Shown one piece after another: positions 7,156-10,929 of a DNA stretch of 10,929 bases. The notes under the pieces were generated by a model, which saw nothing but the letters and a program-made list of their open reading frames with translations, did not search any database and was not told where the DNA came from. The first letter of the stretch is position 1. Every line of letters starts with the position of its first letter. The DNA is from Candidatus Sericytochromatia bacterium (lineage in GTDB: Bacteria; Cyanobacteriota; Sericytochromatia; S15B-MN24; JAQBPE01). The stretch covers positions 1 through 10,929 of the forward strand of contig JAYKHR010000009.1 of assembly GCA_035285125.1 (NCBI GenBank), given 5' to 3'. The position numbers were made by a program, and so were the translations under genes.

Positions 7156-8253
7156 ATGGATGCCCGCATTCCCACCGCCCTGACCGCCCCCCTCGCCGCC
7201 CTCACGGCGCGCCAGACGCCCGCGCTCCAGGCCCCCGAGGCCGTCACTGACCAGGCCGCCCCGGCACCGGGCCAGGCCCCCGAGGCCGCAGGTGCCGAGC
7301 CTGCGGCGCCCGCCGCCGTGAACCTCGAGGAGATCGACCTCGACACGACCGAGCTGCGCGCCCTCGGCAACATGATGCAGACGTTCCTCGCCGACGGCGA
7401 CCTCTCTGCTGCGGAGGCCAAGGTCTACGACGAGATCCGCAGCCTCTTCGGCGGCAAGTCGGCGCCCGGGACGCAGCCAGAGGCCGCCGGGGCTGAGGCG
7501 GCAGACCCCGTTGGCGGGGCAGGTTCCGAGGCCCAAGCGGGCTCGCCCGAGGCCGGGGCCGCTTCGCCCGATGCCGGCAACACCTCGCCTGAAGACGAGG
7601 CGAAGAAGGCCGAGGAGGAGCAACGGTCCAAGGACGAGGCGGCCCAACAGGCGGCCGCGGCCTCTCAGGCCAATGCGATGCAGCAAATGATGCTGATGAG
7701 CATGATGATGGGCGATCCCGTGATGCTCGACCTCAACCACGACGGCCAGCTTGGCACCACGGGCAACTCGACGGCGAAGGACCGCAAGGACAACGTGCTC
7801 GGCAAGACGGTGGCGTTCGACCTGAACGGCGACGGCGTCAAGGAGCAGACCGAGTGGATGGACGGGAAGGGCGACGGCATGCTGGTGGATGACCGCGACG
7901 GCGGCGTCACCCGGGCCGCGGCGGGCAACGGCGAGATCGACGGCACGCGCCTCTTCGGCGATGAAGGCGGGAAGCAGGCCCACGGCTTCGAGAAGCTGGC
8001 CCGCCACGACGCCAACGCGGACGGCAAGCTCACGGGCGCTGAGCTCGAGGGCCTCAAGACCTGGATCGACGACGGCGATGCCAAGGTCGAGGCGGGCGAG
8101 CTCAAGACGCTCGCCGAGCAGGGGATCACCGAGCTTTCGACCGGCATGAAGCTCGAGCGGAACGCCCGCGGTGAGGACCTGATGCGGTCGTCCTTCGTGC
8201 AGCACGGCCAGCGGCACGTCTCTGAGGACGTCTGGTTCCGCGAGATGGCCTGA
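7156..8253 (+). CDS. Ca2+-binding protein (365 aa) with C-terminal FrpC-type self-processing module and intact Asp-Pro site
   Basis: GGAGG RBS at 7141, ATG 7156. Ala/Pro/Glu-rich N-terminal half, then GD187-P188VMLDLNHDG...FDLNGDG..EQTEW..DGMLVDDRDG...NGEIDGTRLFGD..HGFEKLARHDANADGKLTGAE..LKTWIDDGD..EAGELKTLAEQGI, colinear with FrpC SPM as recalled. 178 aa from the Pro to the end. Confidence 0.85.
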   Translation: MDARIPTALTAPLAALTARQTPALQAPEAVTDQAAPAPGQAPEAAGAEPAAPAAVNLEEIDLDTTELRALGNMMQTFLADGDLSAAEAKVYDEIRSLFGGKSAPGTQPEAAGAEAADPVGGAGSEAQAGSPEAGAASPDAGNTSPEDEAKKAEEEQRSKDEAAQQAAAASQANAMQQMMLMSMMMGDPVMLDLNHDGQLGTTGNSTAKDRKDNVLGKTVAFDLNGDGVKEQTEWMDGKGDGMLVDDRDGGVTRAAAGNGEIDGTRLFGDEGGKQAHGFEKLARHDANADGKLTGAELEGLKTWIDDGDAKVEAGELKTLAEQGITELSTGMKLERNARGEDLMRSSFVQHGQRHVSEDVWFREMA

Positions 8254-8270
8254 GGGTCGCTGCCTGGCGG

Positions 8271-8452
8271 CGGCCCGGCCCTGATTCCGCGATAGCCCCT
8301 CACCCGGCCTGCGGCCACCCTCTCCCAGCGGGTGAGGGCAGTGAGATTCGGCTTCAACCAGTCGGTGCGAAAGCACTCAGCTCCCTTCTCCCACGGAAAG
8401 ACGGTCCGCGTCAGCGGGGATGAGGGCTAATGCGGAATCTGGGGCCGGGCCG
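8271..8452. repeat. 182-bp composite inverted-repeat element (REP/REPIN- or MITE-like)
   Basis: Imperfect 32-nt outer arms at 8271-8302 and 8421-8452, internal perfect 10-bp stem CCCTCACCCG/CGGGTGAGGG, and central GTGC-GAAA-GCAC hairpin. Confidence 0.7.
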
Positions 8453-8573
8453 GACACGTTTGTTAAAGCCGTATGAAATTTTTGTCTGGTTCCCGTTTTC
8501 TCGAACAGGCGCCAACCCGGGCCTGGCGATGTTGCTCTCGCACAGCGCCCTCACACCGACGAGGATGAGTCCG

Positions 8574-9878
8574 ATGACCCAGATCAACCAGGCCCCCCTC
8601 TTCCTGCCCCAGGCCCAGCCGGTCCAGCCGGCCGCGGCAGCCGCCCAGCCGGCCGCCGCTCCGGCCCAGCCCGCGGCCCCCGCCGGGACCATGGCGCCCG
8701 CCGCTCCGGCGCTGCCGACGCCCGTAGGCGCTGTGCCCCCCGCCGCCGCCGACATCAACAACGTGAACCTGGACGCCCCTGAGCTGCGGGCGCTCGACAA
8801 CCTGATGCAGACCTACTTGGCCGATGGCGAGCTGTCGGCCGCCGAGCAGAAGATGTACCAGGAGATTCGCGGCCTCTTCGCCAAGGACGGCGGCGCGGCC
8901 CCCGCACCGGCTGGCGGGCCGCAGGCCGCTGCCCCCGACGCGGCCGCCCCCAAGCCGGAAGCACCGAAGGCTGGGGCCCCCGCTGCTGCGGACCCCAAGG
9001 CCGGCGCAGGCCCCGTGGCCGCCGACAAGCCTGCGTTCAACCCGAAGCCGACGTGGCGCGAGCTGATCGACACGCTCGAGCGGGAGCTCGGCCCCGCCAG
9101 CGCCCACGACAAGCGCGGCATGTGGTCGAGGAAGCTGGCGCGCCTCGGCCAGGCCAGCGGCTCGGGCTCCAAGCTCCTGAACCTCGGTGGCAAAGGCCAG
9201 GCCTCCGGCTCCAGCGACGCCATGTCCTCGCAGTTCTGGGGCCCCAACACCACCAAGTTCTTGCGTGAGGCCTACGCCAAGCTCCAAAGCGGCGACGTCA
9301 GCGGCGCCAAGGAGAGCTACTCGAAGGGCGTCAGCACGGCCAGCCCCGTGATGCTCGACCTCAACGGCGACGGCAAGCTCGGCACGACGGGCATCTCCAC
9401 GGCCAAGGAGCGGGCCGACGGCCAGGTCGGCAAGACGGTCTCGTTCGACCTCGACGGCGACGGCACCAAGGACCAGGTCGAGTGGATGGACGGCCAGGGC
9501 GACGGCATGCTCGTCGACGACCGCGACGGCGGGGCCTCGCGCGCCGCCGCCGGCAACGGTGAGATCGACGGCACGCGCCTCTTCGGCGACCAGGGTGGCA
9601 AGTACGACAACGGCTACACCAAGCTCGCCCAGCACGACGCCAACCAGGACGGCAAGCTCACCGGCGCGGAGCTCGAGGGCCTCAAGACCTGGGTCGACGA
9701 CGGCGACGCGAAGGTCGAGGCGGGTGAGCTCAAGACCCTGGCAGAGCTGGGGGTCACCGAGATCGCCACGGGCATGAAGCTCGAGCAGAACGCCCGCGGC
9801 GAGGACCTGATGCGTTCCACCTTCGTCCAGAATGGTGAGACCAAGGTGTCCGAGGACGTCTGGTTCGCGAAGGCCTGA
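8574..9878 (+). CDS. Paralogous Ca2+-binding protein (434 aa) with C-terminal FrpC-type SPM-like domain, Ser-Pro variant
   Basis: GAGGA RBS at 8561, ATG 8574 (MTQINQAP). Start context TCCGATG matches TCCCGATG of paralogue 1. The domain starts S257-P258VMLDLNGDG, is 177 aa long, and is about 80% identical to paralogue 1 (35 mismatches in 174 ungapped positions, counted by hand). Confidence 0.85.
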   Translation: MTQINQAPLFLPQAQPVQPAAAAAQPAAAPAQPAAPAGTMAPAAPALPTPVGAVPPAAADINNVNLDAPELRALDNLMQTYLADGELSAAEQKMYQEIRGLFAKDGGAAPAPAGGPQAAAPDAAAPKPEAPKAGAPAAADPKAGAGPVAADKPAFNPKPTWRELIDTLERELGPASAHDKRGMWSRKLARLGQASGSGSKLLNLGGKGQASGSSDAMSSQFWGPNTTKFLREAYAKLQSGDVSGAKESYSKGVSTASPVMLDLNGDGKLGTTGISTAKERADGQVGKTVSFDLDGDGTKDQVEWMDGQGDGMLVDDRDGGASRAAAGNGEIDGTRLFGDQGGKYDNGYTKLAQHDANQDGKLTGAELEGLKTWVDDGDAKVEAGELKTLAELGVTEIATGMKLEQNARGEDLMRSTFVQNGETKVSEDVWFAKA

Positions 9879-9885
9879 GGCGACC

Positions 9886-10719
9886 TCAGCCCAAGGTCGC
9901 CGGCTGGCTCAGGCTGGCCCGGGCGTGGGCCACGACGTTGCGGAACAGCGCCAGCCCGGCCCCCTCGACGGGGACGGGCTGGCCTGCGCGCACCAGCATC
10001 TCCCGCCGGCGCGTCCAGGCCGGGTGCAGCGTGAAGTCGAGGTAGGCCTCGGGGTGTGGCATCAGGCCAAAGACGCGGCCCGACGGGTCACACAGGCCCG
10101 CGATGCCCCCGGGGGAGCCGTTGGGGTTGGCCGGGTAGGCCTCGGTGGGCGCGCCCGAGGCATCGCCGTAGCGCAAGGCCACGAGGCCTTCAGCTGCCAG
10201 CCGTAGGAGCACGTCGGGGGCCGCCACGAGCCGGCCCTCGCCGTGCCTGACAGGCAACTCCAAGGGGCCCAGGCCCGCCGTGAAGGTGCACGGGGACTCT
10301 GGATCGGGGAGCAGCGTCACCCAGCGATCCTCAAAGCGGCCCGAGGCGTTGGCCACCAGGGAGGCCTGCGGCACGCGGCTCCCGTCGAGGGCGGGCAAGA
10401 GGCCCAGCTTCACCAGGGCCTGGAAGCCGTTGCAGATGCCGAGGACGTACCCGCCCCGGTCGACAAAGTGGCGCAGAGCCTCCCACAGCGCCCCCTGCCG
10501 CAGCCGCGCCGCCAGCGCCCGGCCGCTGCCCAGGTGGTCGCCGAACGAAAAGCCGCCTGGCAGCGCCAACAAATGGTGCGCCCCGAGGTCTACCAGCCCG
10601 GCCTCCCAGTCCGCAAGGTGGGCAATGGTGGCCTGGGCCCCCGCTCGCTTGAAGGCCAGCGCCGTCTCGCGCTCGCAGTTGATGCCATGGCCCGTCAGCA
10701 CCAGCGCCCGGATCACCAC
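9886..10719 (-). CDS. purQ: Phosphoribosylformylglycinamidine synthase, glutaminase subunit PurQ
   Basis: Motifs GHGINCERET, LPGGFSFGD, LGICNGFQ (catalytic Cys), HGEG, YPANPNGS and GLMPHPE. GTG start at 10719 (or 10716) after GGAGG, overlapping the purL stop. Confidence 0.96.
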   Translation of the reverse strand: MVIRALVLTGHGINCERETALAFKRAGAQATIAHLADWEAGLVDLGAHHLLALPGGFSFGDHLGSGRALAARLRQGALWEALRHFVDRGGYVLGICNGFQALVKLGLLPALDGSRVPQASLVANASGRFEDRWVTLLPDPESPCTFTAGLGPLELPVRHGEGRLVAAPDVLLRLAAEGLVALRYGDASGAPTEAYPANPNGSPGGIAGLCDPSGRVFGLMPHPEAYLDFTLHPAWTRRREMLVRAGQPVPVEGAGLALFRNVVAHARASLSQPATLG

Positions 10720-10929
10720 GTGAGCCCCCTCCGCCACGCGCCCTCGAGCGCCTCGTTCGCCACATCGATCCAGGTGGCGTCCCCGCACCCGAGGCGCAGG
10801 CACGGCTCGGCCGTCACGTGGCCGACGCGCACGGCCTCGCCGGCCATCGCCGCCTCGAAGGCCCCGGCCCACGCCGGGTTCACCGTCACCACCAGCCGGC
10901 TCGCGGACTCCGCGAACAGCAGGGCCTCG
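10713..10929 (-). CDS. purL: FGAM synthase subunit PurL, C-terminal 71 aa (partial)
   Basis: Translated by hand: EALLFAESASRLVVTV...VRVGHVT...LEGAWRRGLTW*. LFxES motif typical of the PurL C-terminus; TGA at 10713-10715 overlaps the purQ start. Confidence 0.85.
   Translation of the reverse strand, partial: EALLFAESASRLVVTVNPAWAGAFEAAMAGEAVRVGHVTAEPCLRLGCGDATWIDVANEALEGAWRRGLTW

Noticed and set aside
7156..9878. RTX haemolysin toxin, or MIIA (NopE1-type GDPH) autocleavage domain
   Set aside because: No GGxGxDxL nonapeptides or pore-forming region; the site is GDPV followed by LDLNxDG, which fits FrpC SPM rather than GDPH.

Overview
GC-rich bacterial chromosomal window made of housekeeping genes with accessory genes inserted among them. 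On the minus strand are the 3' end of purL, purQ, fhs (formate-THF ligase), a PPDK regulatory protein-ppdK operon, and the 5' part of a lipoprotein with tandem LISNQAGG octapeptide repeats. On the plus strand are a small mono-haem cytochrome c lipoprotein and, between fhs and purQ, two tandem paralogous genes. Each paralogue ends in a ~177-aa domain that I recognise as homologous to the Ca2+-dependent self-processing module (SPM) of Neisseria FrpC. The first keeps the scissile Asp-Pro; the second has Ser-Pro and an extra Lys-rich domain. The two also share a 37-aa N-terminal motif and homologous upstream DNA, lack RTX repeats and signal peptides, and are separated by a 182-bp inverted-repeat element. 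This pair is the best candidate for an undescribed system, possibly a Ca2+-triggered covalent cross-linking donor/acceptor pair. All family calls come from manual motif recognition; no database searches were run.
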